Source: Vermamoeba vermiformis (Eukaryota). Taken from it: a DNA stretch of 64,000 nucleotides. Of the stretch, positions 1 through 12,103 are shown piece by piece; the stretch's first letter is position 1; the number at the start of each line of letters is the position of its first letter. The position numbers were made by a program, and so were the translations under genes. The DNA lies in contig JBEWZL010000302.1 of assembly GCA_045837725.1 (NCBI GenBank), positions 434,001 to 498,000 of the forward strand, read 5' to 3'. A model generated the notes under the pieces. The model made no database searches, had not been told where the DNA came from, and was given only the letters and a program-made list of their open reading frames with translations.

Positions 1-1287
1 ACGATTGCCTGTAGTTTCCGTAGCTGAATCGAAGAACTTGAAGCTGCGAGCACAGCAATTAAGTAATCCCAAAGAACGCATGGGCTATTTAAAGCAGTCC
101 ATTGGCATGATTGAAGAAGCTCTACGAATTTATCCTGGAAGGTAAAGGAAAACATTTCCATATTTGGATGCGACTAATCTACCGTTCAGTGAAACGCTAA
201 TGAATTCGTACGTTGATATTTGTTTGGAGACGGCATTTATAGCAGAAGGAGAACTAGCGGACAAGTTATTTTTCAACGCGATCCGGATCTATCGTGTTTT
301 GAGGAGCAAAGAAAAAGCAGTTGAATTGTTAGTGCGGATCAAAGAAGACAAAAAAGAAGTGTCGCCGAACATTATACAAAGCTTGTTCGACTTTATTTTC
401 AACAGATCGATCAGTCCCGTCACAAGAGAAGACGTGCTGTTAGTTGGACTTCACGGATCTGGCCTGCAATCCTTAGCTCTCGATGGATTGTCACTAATAG
501 ACGACAATATGCTCAAGTTGGTAGGCGTTGGATGTTCACAGATTATTTCTTTGAGCATCGGGTACTGCAACAAAGTGACAGGTAAAGTGTCAAAAAAGTG
601 TCAAAATCTGTTTTCCGTTATTAATATTATCGTTAGATGAGGGCATCAAATACTTATTCTATCATTGTGGATCTAAGCTCCGAGAGTTGTACATTGACGG
701 CAACAAGTTGACAGGTAAGTGTCAAAGTGTCACGTTGAATGTCACGTCTAATTTCCCTTTCAGATGCAAGTCTAATCGAGATTTCACAAAAATGTCCTAA
801 TTTGGTCAATTTGAGCATCGTCACGTGCGAAGGATTCACCGACAAAGGATTCAAAGCCTTGTCTAACTTGAAGTTATTATCGCGACTGAACATGAGCTGG
901 TGCTCGTACAATCCCAAAATAACCAGCACCAGTCTCAAATCGCTGCTATTGGTCAAAAATAACGTCGACCTCAATGGCGCCAAATCGCTGCTCAAAAATT
1001 GTCCAAATTTGCAGTCTTTAGATCTCAGTTTGTGCAGTCAACTAGGCAACGCAGCGGAATTACTCTCGAGCATTTTATCGCGAGAAAAACTGTCGTACAT
1101 TGGCTTGGAAAAAGTGACGTTCAATTTGACCGAAAAAATTCTCCGAGAGGCCAAAAGAGGAAGTGTCGTTAGCGGAGGTCGAAGAACGATTTTAAGCGAC
1201 AGTATTAGTAGTGATGATGCGTATGGCTTGCAAGAGCTTGGATTTACTATTCAAAAGCCTTATTTAAATAAACCTGGCGTGTCCTAG
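1..1287 (+). CDS. LRR protein of the FBXL/AMN1-like cysteine-containing type; 3' part only, 5' end outside the window
   Basis: Spliced ORFs 164-640 and 739-1287 carry repeats such as 'LIEISQKCPNLVNLSIVTCEGFTDKGF' and 'LLKNCPNLQSLDLSLCSQL'. GT-AG introns at ~142-190, ~582-637 and ~714-762. Stop TAG ends at 1287. Confidence 0.8.
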
Positions 1288-1397
1288 CTGTACAACCTAG
1301 ATCCGATTAATTTACTTAGATCTGTCTTCGGAAAACTCTAAGAAGTATTTTATTAACTAGTATTTATTATAATTTAATTAATAGTAATAGCGTGGTA

Positions 1398-3218
1398 TTA
1401 TATAGTAATTTTGTAGCCCACCATGTTGTTGTAGGGTTGCAGCCAAATAACAAACGAATCGTCGCTGAAACGGGTTATGCGACGCGCAGAAAATCCAACT
1501 TTTCTATCTTTAGTGAATGGTAATCCAAATGATTTGAAGCCTTCAGCTGGTGGAGCAGATCTGAAGTCGAGGATCTTAAAAAAAAAATTATTATAATATT
1601 TTTCAGTCAGATTCGCAAAAAAAAATTTTCTGACAGTAAACGTACTGCAATTCTTTGGTCGTGGACTGAGATGATAATATCGTTACTAAGCCAGAAGAAT
1701 TCAGCTCTGAGTGGCTTCTGGTTCAGCAGCGGATGCACTCGGCTCTGTTTTCTATTAATGCTCTTCTTCTTTTTCTTTTTCTTCTTTTCTGGATCAACGA
1801 CATATTCTTCCACTGGTTCTTCAAGAAATAATATATTTGTTTGTAAAACGGTGGTGTAGTCTTGATCTTTGCCTGATCGTGTACTGGATTTGTCTTTTAA
1901 AGTTATTTGAATGCTCTCTTCTAATGCTTCATATTCTATTATTCTACTTCCATCTGGCGATATTGAAATATCTTCACCGTGGACTTTGATTTGGCGCTGA
2001 ATGGTTGGATCGAGCGAACAAGATCCAGAAAAACGTCCAGTATCTTCGTGAAACTGCAGCGAATCTGATATATATGTTATATCAAATGTTTCCTGGTAGT
2101 TACAAATGACTGGTAGCTTTTCGTGTTGTCGAGTTTTTGAATTGTAGATAAAAGTAACTGGATAAGTTTCGCTGTCCGACAGATCTTGGATAAGAAATTT
2201 GACTGCTCCGTGGTGTTCTATAAATCCCATAATATTTCTATATGGTTCAGGACCCAATCTGTCTGGATAATTGTAAATTTCGACCGCATCTTCTCTGAAA
2301 ATCTCAACTTTATCGCTCGACGCCAGCCAAACAGTTCCATCATCTATATCAATATTAATATAATAGCATTTTATAATTGCGGCGACATACCTTGAAGAAA
2401 AGCAGCCAAAGAACTATCTTTTGTTTTGGTGTCGATCTTTCTTACCAAATCCACTTTGCCGTCGTTACTAACATCATAAATATACAACATTTGATTGGTT
2501 GGAGCAGGTTTGGACTTTGGTGCTTTGCCGCTTGTAGATTCGTCGGTGGCTGGCAGCTCCATCGACTTTTGGCTTACTAGCACCTGTTTTCCTTTAGAAA
2601 TAATTAGTTCTCCTTGTCGATTTTAAAATATTAGTATGCATTACTATGGGCATTGGCTGAGAATAAGGCTCGCCCCCAACAAACATATTTTCCTTCCTGC
2701 GAAACTACGATCGGATCTGGTTTTCGCAAGTCGATAATACAGTGTGCATCCTCTACTAAAAATACTATATTTGGACACCATGGAACTGATTTAATATCCA
2801 CATCACAATGCAGACTTTCGGTGAACTCGAGGATTTGGATGTCGCTGATGTGTTGTCGAACTTGCGCCATTTCAGCCATTGTTTTGAGTTTTTGAGCTCT
2901 AGTAAAGGTTTGATATGAAAAGGGAAGTATATGAGCGAACATCTCGCGGTAATAAGTCGTGATCTTGACGTGCCATGATGAGCAAGTTTGGCTCAACGCT
3001 TTCAAATCATTCGTCACCAATTTTAAATGATCTAATATCTTTTTAGCAATGTCTTTGTTGAGGTTTTGGAACTAAATATGATCGTCAGAATTTTTAAAAA
3101 ATTAATTGAGAAAATTACGCACTCCTGAATCTACTGAAGACGGGTCTTTATCGACGATTTTTTGTCTCTTTGCTTTTGGAATTGCAGTGCTTTCGTTTTT
3201 TCGTTTTTTTGGCGGCAT
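1398..3218 (-). CDS. F-box protein with N-terminal basic NLS-like segment and an uncharacterised C-terminal region
   Basis: Starts MPPKKRKNES at 3218. Next exon gives F-box-like 'FQNLNKDIAKKILDHLKLVTNDLKALSQTCSSW'. Exons match ORFs 2631-3020, 2371-2583 and 1607-2257. Last exon ends ...GYKITI* at 1398. Confidence 0.65.
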
Positions 3219-3470
3219 CGATGATCAACTTTGTGTTAGTAGATTCGATCGTCTGTGAAAAAATGGAAAAAAAAATATCCGCACAAATAAAAATTAACGT
3301 ATAAACAATTAAAATTTTCCTCACATACTAACGCTACCATCGCGCTGGTCCAACAACTAAAATTGGAAAAAAAGGATCCGGATGTGATCACGATCTCGCC
3401 TTAACCCTAAAGCACCTTATTAGTTTTGTTCGGGAATGTTACTTTTATTTTACAATTAGTTCCTAAGAAA

Positions 3471-5900
3471 TTACAGTTGATCTTCGCTATTAACTTTCTG
3501 CAAGGCTGAATTAGCAGGCGTGGTCTTGGACGAACCAGAGCGCGTGCTGTGTGCTCCCGAAGGCTCGTGCAAAGCGAGCATGTGCATGAGACTGATGAAA
3601 CTCAGCGAGAAGAATGTGATGAACCACACCGAGTAGAAGCCCCACGGGTACCAAAATACCTAATGATACATCAATATCAACTACCAATACAAGAACAAAA
3701 CGATGACATTTTGACACGTGAAAAAATTGATGATGCAATGCACTTTGTTGATCAATTTGTATGGAACAAATGACACGTGTCATGTAATTTTGCAGTCATT
3801 GAGTGACACGTGTCGCAAATAGATAAGAAAATGGTTTTAAGGTTTTCGTCTTACGTCAGATAATCCGCCAGCGACGAGACACGCGAGCCACGCCAACACA
3901 CCAGCAGTGCTAATGTACACGTAGAGTGCCGTCTAAAAATGGAAAATTAGTCTTTAAGTCACGTGTCATGAAATTTCATAGCGACTCGTGTACCTTGCTC
4001 AATCGTGAGCGCCGCTTTGAAGAAGTGTATTTCTGGGCAATTCTTTTCAGTTCCCGCGCTAGTCTGTGTCCCGTCACGAAGAAGAATATGACGCACGCAA
4101 GAGCGATCAAAATGTAGATGATACCAAGGGCTAGAACGAAGATGCGCGTGTTGTATTGCAGGCCTCGAAGCACTCCCGATGCAATCTCGCCGGCTAGAAG
4201 GACTGCAAAGATAACCCAAAATGGTGTCAAGAGCTTCGTCAAGAACGAATTGATTTGAATTTTCGACTTCCGCATGAGTTCGTGCCTGTTAAATAAGACA
4301 ATTTAATTACGCATATCGGATCCGAAAAAAAAGTCGTACAATAGTGACAAATGATCTGTATTATTAATGAAGTAGAACTTACCAATAAAAACTGACCAAT
4401 AGCAAGTTGATAATGAAGAACGGCCAGCTAATCGTGTAAAACATTTGGGTCTGAAAGTACGTCATAATTGTTCGCGATTGGAGCGGATCTATTGCAGTGT
4501 GGACCAATCGAACTATAATTACAAACATTAGTATTAATTACAGTCATTATACCTTGTGTTCTTACGTGCATTGGCGATGAATTCAAAGATGAGCATAAAC
4601 TGTGAAATTGACGCTTGAAATCCTTTGAATCGCACGAACGAGATGTATTTGTACAGCGCGAGGGCCATGCAAGCGACGGCTAGTACGGACAGAAACACCG
4701 AATAGAAAATCATCCAGCCTGACTCGAATGTAATAGTCCACTCGTTGACATCTGTCATTGGAAGTGTCAAATCGATTGATTTATAAGCAATTTTGCACGA
4801 CTGTTAAAAATATGTTTGACACGTGTCACTTTAGAATTTTTTCACGTGTCAAACAAAAGGATCGATCTACAAAATATCTTAATGCTTAAAAAAATTGGAG
4901 ATATATTTAGTCCGATTATGATTCTGGTGGTTTGCGTCTGACACGTGTCAACAAGTGTCAGAAGTTTCGAAACACAAACTAGCTCCAAAAATAATTATAT
5001 GTACCTACAGGTTATTATAATTATGATATATATTTAGAACTACTTACCATTAGCATCGAATCGAATGGTAACGTTTTCGTTGTTCGCGATCAGATCTTCC
5101 AACACCGGATACACAACGCTGCTGACTTGAACTACCGGCAATAATGTGGAGCTGTGATTTAATCCATCCCAAACATAATTTAATAGGCCAGGGATATCAA
5201 CTGAAAGGAAAATAGACGTTAGAAGATTTGCGCTGAATTTGCCGCCGCATCCGCAAGATTAATAAAGTAAGCAGAATAGATTTGATTACTTTTAAAATGA
5301 TTGATAATTATATTGCATTATGACTCACTTGGAGATGATCCTGCATGGACTACTACGCCTGAAATATTTCTTTTTGCTAGTTCGACCAAATCCAGCTCCG
5401 TTCCCGCTTCAGCTCGGCCAAAAAACAATAAAATCCTATTCCATTCATATTAAAATAAATATTTGATATAGTTTGGGAGTTTTATCGATGCCGATTTCAA
5501 AAATTAAGTCAGAAAGTTTCATCGTGGTCTTACTTGTTGGTCACATCCGTTGCATTAGCAAGGACAATTTGTCCAGTCACGTTGAATTGCCATTGAGGTG
5601 GTCCCAGCCATCGATATCGCGGTGAATCATATTTCTATTGAATGGAAGGATCAGTACTTTCATTGCAAAATCGATTATTTCGTTATAATGAAACATTAAT
5701 AATTATTAAATTAAATAAATTAAATAATTTTCTTTTAATTTAACTGCCTCGAGTGAGGCTAATCGATGGGGATTTGTTTCATACCTCGCCTGCGCGATCT
5801 GTCGTCAAAATCTCCAAACATGAACCGCTTGCATAAAAAATATACAATACTAATGCATTATTATTAGTGTATTCTTTGACGTGATAGTTATTGTCGGGTA
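3471..5900 (-). CDS. Seven-transmembrane (GPCR-like) protein with an N-terminal PA-like ectodomain; start codon not resolved
   Basis: Joined exons give the ectodomain 'QFNVTGQIVLAN...IPGLL...LPVVQVSSVVYPVLEDLIANNENVTIRF'. Seven hydrophobic helices follow: WMIFYSVFLSVLAV, QFMLIFEFIAN, FYTISWPFFIITLLLVSFYW, FWVIFAVLLAG, IFVLALGIIYILIALACVIFFFV, ALYVYISTAGVLAWLACLV, GFYSVWFITFFSLSFISLM. Then an S-rich tail and TAA at 3471. Confidence 0.7.
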
Positions 5901-6431
5901 AATACCTAACAGCGTGCTGACTTTTAACCGCATCTCCGAACGTCTACAGTAAGTCCTTAATCTTGACGCTGTATATCATATGATGCTGTTGTGGGCACAG
6001 CTGTATCTATTATGGATTTAATACGCTGATTTAAAAATCTCGTGACCCGTAAAGTGAACCTTGTCTCCAACCTGTCAAAAGCTCAAAAAGGAAAAAGTTC
6101 AAATTTAGGTTCGGCTCTGTTTGGCAATTCAATTTCAACGCTGCGAATGTTACTTCGGTTATTTTAGACTTGAAATTCCTTAAATCAAACGCTCATCCAT
6201 TTTGCGGTTGAGAATCCGGTCTGTCACAAACTTTCGTTTTTGTTTCGGAGGCATGTGTTGGATTAAACGAAATGTTTAACACTCATAATTTCCTTCTACG
6301 TTAAATTAAGCCTTAATTTCCAACAAGCTCGAATGCAAGGGCGAACTAAATGTACCAAAATTAGACGGCAGACCAGATCTTGCGTACCAGATCGCTAAAA
6401 ATTTTATTTTGACGTACTGTAAGGAACTCAG

Positions 6432-9400
6432 TTATTTTCGGTGCTTGACCAATTTAGAAAGTTCCATTACGATTAACGGGAAGTCAGGTCTTTTGGCCGG
6501 ATCCAGCTCCGTGCACCGAATAATCAACTTGTGGACGCTATTCGGAACGACGTCCGTAATCTCTAGCGACGGAATAATTATAGTTTTTCCTTCGTGCTCG
6601 TAGTTGACTAGTTTTGGCTTTTGGCGCGAAAAGCTTTCCCACAGCATCTAGATCCGGTCAGATTTTGAACTACTCGGGAATGAATGTGTAAGTACTTACG
6701 ATTCCAAAGCTAAATGCATCGCTTTTCTTGGAATAATTAGCTTCTGGAGCGCTGTAACATTTCACGGCGAGTTTTTGTCGCGTTTCGGCGGTGTATCTTT
6801 TGCCTAGCAAAATATCCGAAATTTTCACGTCATAGCCTTTGGCTCGCTAAAAATAAGTTATTAGTCACGTGACAATTCTTCGAAGATAACTCCTTTTTAC
6901 CTTTTTTAGTAAAATAGTTTCTGGCCGTAGATCGTAGTGCAGGACATTGAGCGAATGTAATTCACACATGCCTTTAGCGATGCACAATAATATGTCAAAC
7001 ATTTCTTCGTCGTGCATCTATAATAACTGGATCGTTAATAACTATATCGAGTCAGATTCGCAATTGTTTTCGTACTTTGGTCTCGGATCTGAGTACATCT
7101 GCCAAAGTTAGATCTGCTAAATTATACAGCAAGCAATTCAACGGCAAGTCTTTGCGATTCTTCAAAACTATTACAAATTACTTAGCATTTGATCATATTA
7201 AAGTTAATAATAAATTTACCTGAAGGCATGTTTTCTTCGGTAATTTGCAAAAAACCTCGAAATTCATTCACGTACTTGATACTCTCCTTAATAAGACTAC
7301 AAATAATAACAATTAGGACTTATATTACTATTAAATTATCTATTATCTTGCCTTAGTGTCAAAATGTCAGATTGGAGGTCTTCGAGATCCAGCGCGGATG
7401 TATTTAAAATTTTGATGGCAATTTGTTTGTTTTTCTTCTCATTCTTTTTGCGCTGCACCACTTTGTATAATTGATAGTGCGCACATTCTTTGATGAGCTC
7501 GATTGGCTCCCAGATTAAATGGTTCGCGGAAACTCGTTTGTAAAAATCTTCTTTCCATTTTAGGCTCGCACTCGCCGCGAATTCTTGCAATAATTGCATA
7601 ACGCCTTGCTCTTTCAAGAATATTTTTCGAGCCTCAGGTTCTAAAAAAAGCTCGTTAAATCATTTCCTTATTTAGAAAAAAGTTTTTCATACCTGTCTTA
7701 ATGCACAGCAACGCTAATTTCTTCGCCGCTCTTCGTTTTTCAGTCTTAGTAGTGCTGTTAACGATATTGATCAGGTGTTCGGCGCTCAGATCCGTGTTCA
7801 AACTGATTTCGTGTTCCAAGAACTCATCCACATCCGCTTCACCACAAGCAACGGAATGATTATAACCCGCAGCAATTATTTTGACCTTCGCTTGTTTGAG
7901 TCCCATAACGAGTGTTGGTACCAATTGATCTTCGTCTTTGTCTTTGACGCCCAAATGTACGTGGGCGCTACCCCAGGCGTAAATATGACCGCTATCTATT
8001 AGTGTAGCCACATTAGTTATTATTCTGTGCATTTTAGTAAGTTAAAGCATTCAAAAATGCAACTGAATCTGTAAAGCGTCCGTTACAAAAAATTTCCAAA
8101 TTTGGTAATACCCGAATTTGGATGAAATATACGTACTTGTTAGGGCTAGAGAATGATACCAACCAGCTGAGATATCGATGACTTTCTCTTTAGACAGTGA
8201 TTTGAAGAACTGAATCTCTTTAGGCGCTAATTGATTCCACGCGTTGTTGTGACCTAATTGACCTTCTTCGCCGTTGCCCCACGAATACACTTCCCCACTT
8301 TCTATGGGAAATATTAACATCTTAAATGAAGTATTATACTGCGCTAAGATTTGTAGTTACCGGATAAAGCGAGCACGTGACCTCGACCAGGGCTGATTTG
8401 AGCGATGACAGCCTCTTTCAACGACTCTATCTGTTTCGGCGCGTCATAGTTCTGTTCATCCTTGTGGCCTAGAACACCAGAAACACCTGATCCCCACGAG
8501 TACAACTTGCCGTCGTCTGAAAAATATTGTTTGATGTAAGTGGCCACGCGTACATTGCAAGACGTACTCGTCAATGCTATTGAGTAGCTGTTGCCCGCTC
8601 CAACAAATTTCACAACACTCCAAGAAGGCGAGAATGGTGTGACTTGTTTTGGCGCGTTTAAGTTATCACTGTTGCCGTGACCGAGTGCACCAAACAGTCC
8701 CGCACCCCAACTGTACACGTGACCATCCTCTGCGTAGAGTGTTTAATTATTTGAATAAGGCATTCCGAATGTTAACTCACGTGTGCAGGCTAGTGAATGG
8801 TCCGTTCCAGCTGCTACTGAAATGATTTTGTGGTGTTTTAACGAATCTATTTTCCTCGGTGCAGAGTACCACTCGAAATTTCCATGGCCGAGCTTTCCTC
8901 CACTTCCTGAACCCCAACTGAAAACCTCACCAGCATCTACAACACATATTAATCGATGATACAGGTTTAATGTTACATGAATAAGCGAACCTGACAAGAC
9001 AAGTGTGTGATCCACGCCAGCTGAAATGTGAACGATTTTGTGCGGAGTACTAAGGGGCCGAGGAATCAACTCTTCAGCGAGCTCGCCAGTACCCAATTGA
9101 CCTGCTGAACTCAGGCCCCACGCGTAGACTTGTCCTTCTAAAAATAGAAATCAGTTGACACGCGTCATACCAAAATATCTTTTTTTGGCGTTGGTAGATT
9201 ACGCAATAATAAATAAGGGGTTCGTAATAATTAAATGCACTTGCAGTATTTTGATCTTTATCTCATAAAATTAATTTGAATTAAATTACCGGCAATGGCA
9301 AATGTGTGCGCGCCACTAGCAAAAACAGCGTGGACTTTGAGACCGTTCAACGCCATGACTATAGCAGGTCGTTCTCGGTCTTCTTCGTCTCCATGGCCTA

Positions 9401-9886
9401 ACGCGCCTCCTTTGCCGAGGCCCCAAGAAAAAACGCAATTTATTCGTCCTGTGTCCCAAATTTCAGTTTTAATTGTGGTTATTATTTTAATAATTGGTTA
9501 AAAATAATACAAATGGTAAAATTTTTGTAATTTTATGCTGTTTTATGGTAAAGCAAAGCAGATCTATTTTTAATTTGACATTTTTGTCGGTGTTTCAACT
9601 TTGATTCTTTTGTTTACGGCGTAAAATAATAACAATTAAATAATCTAATATAGTGAAAGGACTAACGGCAAATTTACCTTTTGACATGAGTAGATCCTGA
9701 TGTTCGACAACGAAATCTTTCTCGGTTCTCTTTTCCCGTGAAAATTGCACGAGTAGTATTGCGTATTATATTCAATTTGACCAGAATATCTGCGCGAAGA
9801 CTCGCTAGAATGGATTTTCGGTGAACAAAAGAGCACACTGACAGACCGTGAAAAACCCAATTCAATTTTCCTGCCCGAACCATCAC
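6432..9886 (-). CDS. RCC1-repeat protein with a helical (ARM-like) linker and a C-terminal TKL-like probable pseudokinase
   Basis: About seven RCC1 repeats (e.g. VFSWGSGSGGKLGHG, ISAGWYHSLAL). Kinase motifs: IAIK, HYDLRPETILL, ISDILLG, YSAPE, SDAFSFGI, CTELDPAKRPDF. The first exon (9677-9886) is tentative. Confidence 0.8.
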
Positions 9887-10112
9887 CAGACGTGCCTAGT
9901 AACGCATTATTATTATTGTAAATATTTAGAGTGGTCGGGCGTGGATTTACACAGATGGAATTGTTTTGGTGGATTGGATTTGTTACCGTTACGCTGGTCT
10001 GCTACAAAATTTACAAATTTGTTGATTTCTAGTGAGTAAAATATGTAGAATATAATTATAAGACGAGCTAATTAAACTAAGCTAAAAGGTCTTTTCGCGC
10101 GCAATTTTTAAT

Positions 10113-11151
10113 ATGGATCTCCGTTCCGTAATTTATAAATTGATTTTCCGCCCAATTATTAGTGTAACGTACCAATCCATAAAATTTGTATATTACCTTT
10201 TAGGAATTCCAACTAATTTCGTTGATTTTAGTTTCATCTCCAAGCCGGCAGATCTTAGCAAGTATCGTGGCGAATGGGCTCTAGTGGCAGGATCTGCTAT
10301 TGGTATGGGTCGTGCGGTTAGCGTCGAATTAGCTTCGAAAGGAATCAACCTGATCTTACTCGATCGACTGGAAAAAGAACTCGAATCCACCGCCAAAGAC
10401 ATCGAAAAAGAATACAAAGTTCAAACCAAGCATATGGTAGTCGATTTTGTGAAGCACAACGAAGAAATGTGGCAAGCTATATCGGATTTGGTCCAAAATG
10501 CTCAAGTTTCCATTTTAGTCAATTTAGTTGGCGGAACGACGGTCCCTAAATTATGGCTTAATAGCACTGTTACTGACGACGAATATGCCTTGCATTTAAC
10601 GAGCACATCAGCGTTTCGCCTGACAAGGATCGTGCTTCCGAAAATGGTTGCGCGCAACAAAGGCGCGGTCGCGTTGATCGGCTCCATGTCGTTCAGAGCA
10701 GGACCATTCGTGGCCACGTACGCAGGAGAAAAAGGAAAATTAGTAAGTTTTGCTAAGAGCCTCAACACGTGTTAGAGCAGATTAGCAACAACGTTACAAT
10801 TCAATGCTTGACGCTGGCGAAAGTGAATTCACCTGGCTTCAATATGTATAAGGATGATAAGAGTCCGCGTAAGTCTTTGAAATTTACTATGCTAGTCGAA
10901 TTTTCTCGCTGATCGGATTTGTAGATAACCCAACCTCGTTAGCTTTCCCTTCCGTCGACTGGATAGGCAAAGCTATCGTAAATAATATAGGCAAAGGAGG
11001 TCCTTTTGTCATTCCTTACTGGCTGCACGGACTTCAAGCCGAGATCATGAATCTGTTCCCTTACAACTTGCAAGCTAAACTTGTTTATCACGCAATGATC
11101 GATGAATATCGCTATTTGAAGGCTGAAGTTGAAAATAAACGCCGTCGATAG
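10113..11151 (+). CDS. Short-chain dehydrogenase/reductase, 17beta-HSD12 / very-long-chain 3-oxoacyl-CoA reductase-like; frame disruption near 10772-10775
   Basis: Motif 'YRGEWALVAGSAIGMGRAVSVELASKGINLILLDR' and catalytic YxxxK (YAGEK). The downstream frame continues 'NNVTIQCLTLAKV...VIPYWLHGLQ' to TAG at 11151. Confidence 0.85.
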
Positions 11152-11199
11152 ACTAAAGTAAAGAAAATCTTCCGATTTAATTTGACGCTTTTTTCAACG

Positions 11200-11970
11200 A
11201 TGGAAAACCACAACAGCAAAGCAAGCATATTTGAGTTGTTAGCCTTAATTGATGACTTTATATTAGTAAAAATTATTAGCTTTCTGGGCAGTGAGCAGCT
11301 GTTGATGTTTGGACGGGTAAGTCTTGGCGAAATTTTTCAGAACGGTAGATCTTCATTATTACTACTCTTAAGCGAGTAGAATATTTACTAATAATTAAAT
11401 AAATAGTTAAATCGAAAATTTAATCATCTTACAAACGATCCAAAACTCTGGCGCAAGATATTAAAAGATGAATTTAATTGGCCACCTAAGCACGCACCAA
11501 AAGGAAAAAAGAAACATATTCGAGAACAATTAGGCTCAACTATATCAATGAAAGCTATTTTAATAGAGCAGATGTGCATGGCTAGTTCCCAAAACGATAA
11601 TGAAATTCTATCCAATTTAATTTACGTTCTAAAACACGCGATTACTACATACCCCGGTTATACAAACGATCAAGCTAAGAGATGTAATCATCAGATGATC
11701 GGGTAAGTCAGAAATTTAATTTTACATGAAAAAATCCTGCGTTAACAAAGCAAATCCAGATTTTTTCCAGAAGACGCCAAAAATTACCCTAAAGAAGTGC
11801 GATGCTCTACCTGTGGAGTATCTCTTCCATTGCGATTAACCAAAATGCAAATGCTCAAACACTTTCGAGACCCAGATGCCAAGGACACGTTCAAGCAAAT
11901 CGTTGGCGTGGGTACTACAAAATTGCGACAAGAAGGATTCGACCCTTGGGCAATTCAAACAAGGTATTAG
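11200..11970 (+). CDS. Small F-box protein with a CxxC motif
   Basis: F-box 'LIDDFILVKIISFLGSEQLLMFGR|VNRKFNHLTNDPKLWRKI'. Introns 11317-11406 and 11703-11759. Contains 'RCSTC'. Confidence 0.7.
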
Positions 11971-12103
11971 TGCAGCTGGCTCAGTCACTGATGAATCGGA
12001 AAGAAAAGATCTCGCGATCAAAGAAGAAAGCTGGAGGCGATACTAAATTTAGCCCTTAAAGATTTATTTTGGCTTTTTACCAATTAATTGAAGAAAAACA
12101 TAA

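Noticed and set aside
3398-3412. TTAACCCTAAA telomere-like word (also CCCTAAATTTAGGG at ~30735)
   Set aside because: Single copies with no tandem array.
11835-12046. Possible frameshift at AAAA (11842-45) giving an alternative Cys-containing C-terminus
   Set aside because: The unshifted frame stays open to TAG at 11970 and is plausible, so no frameshift is required.
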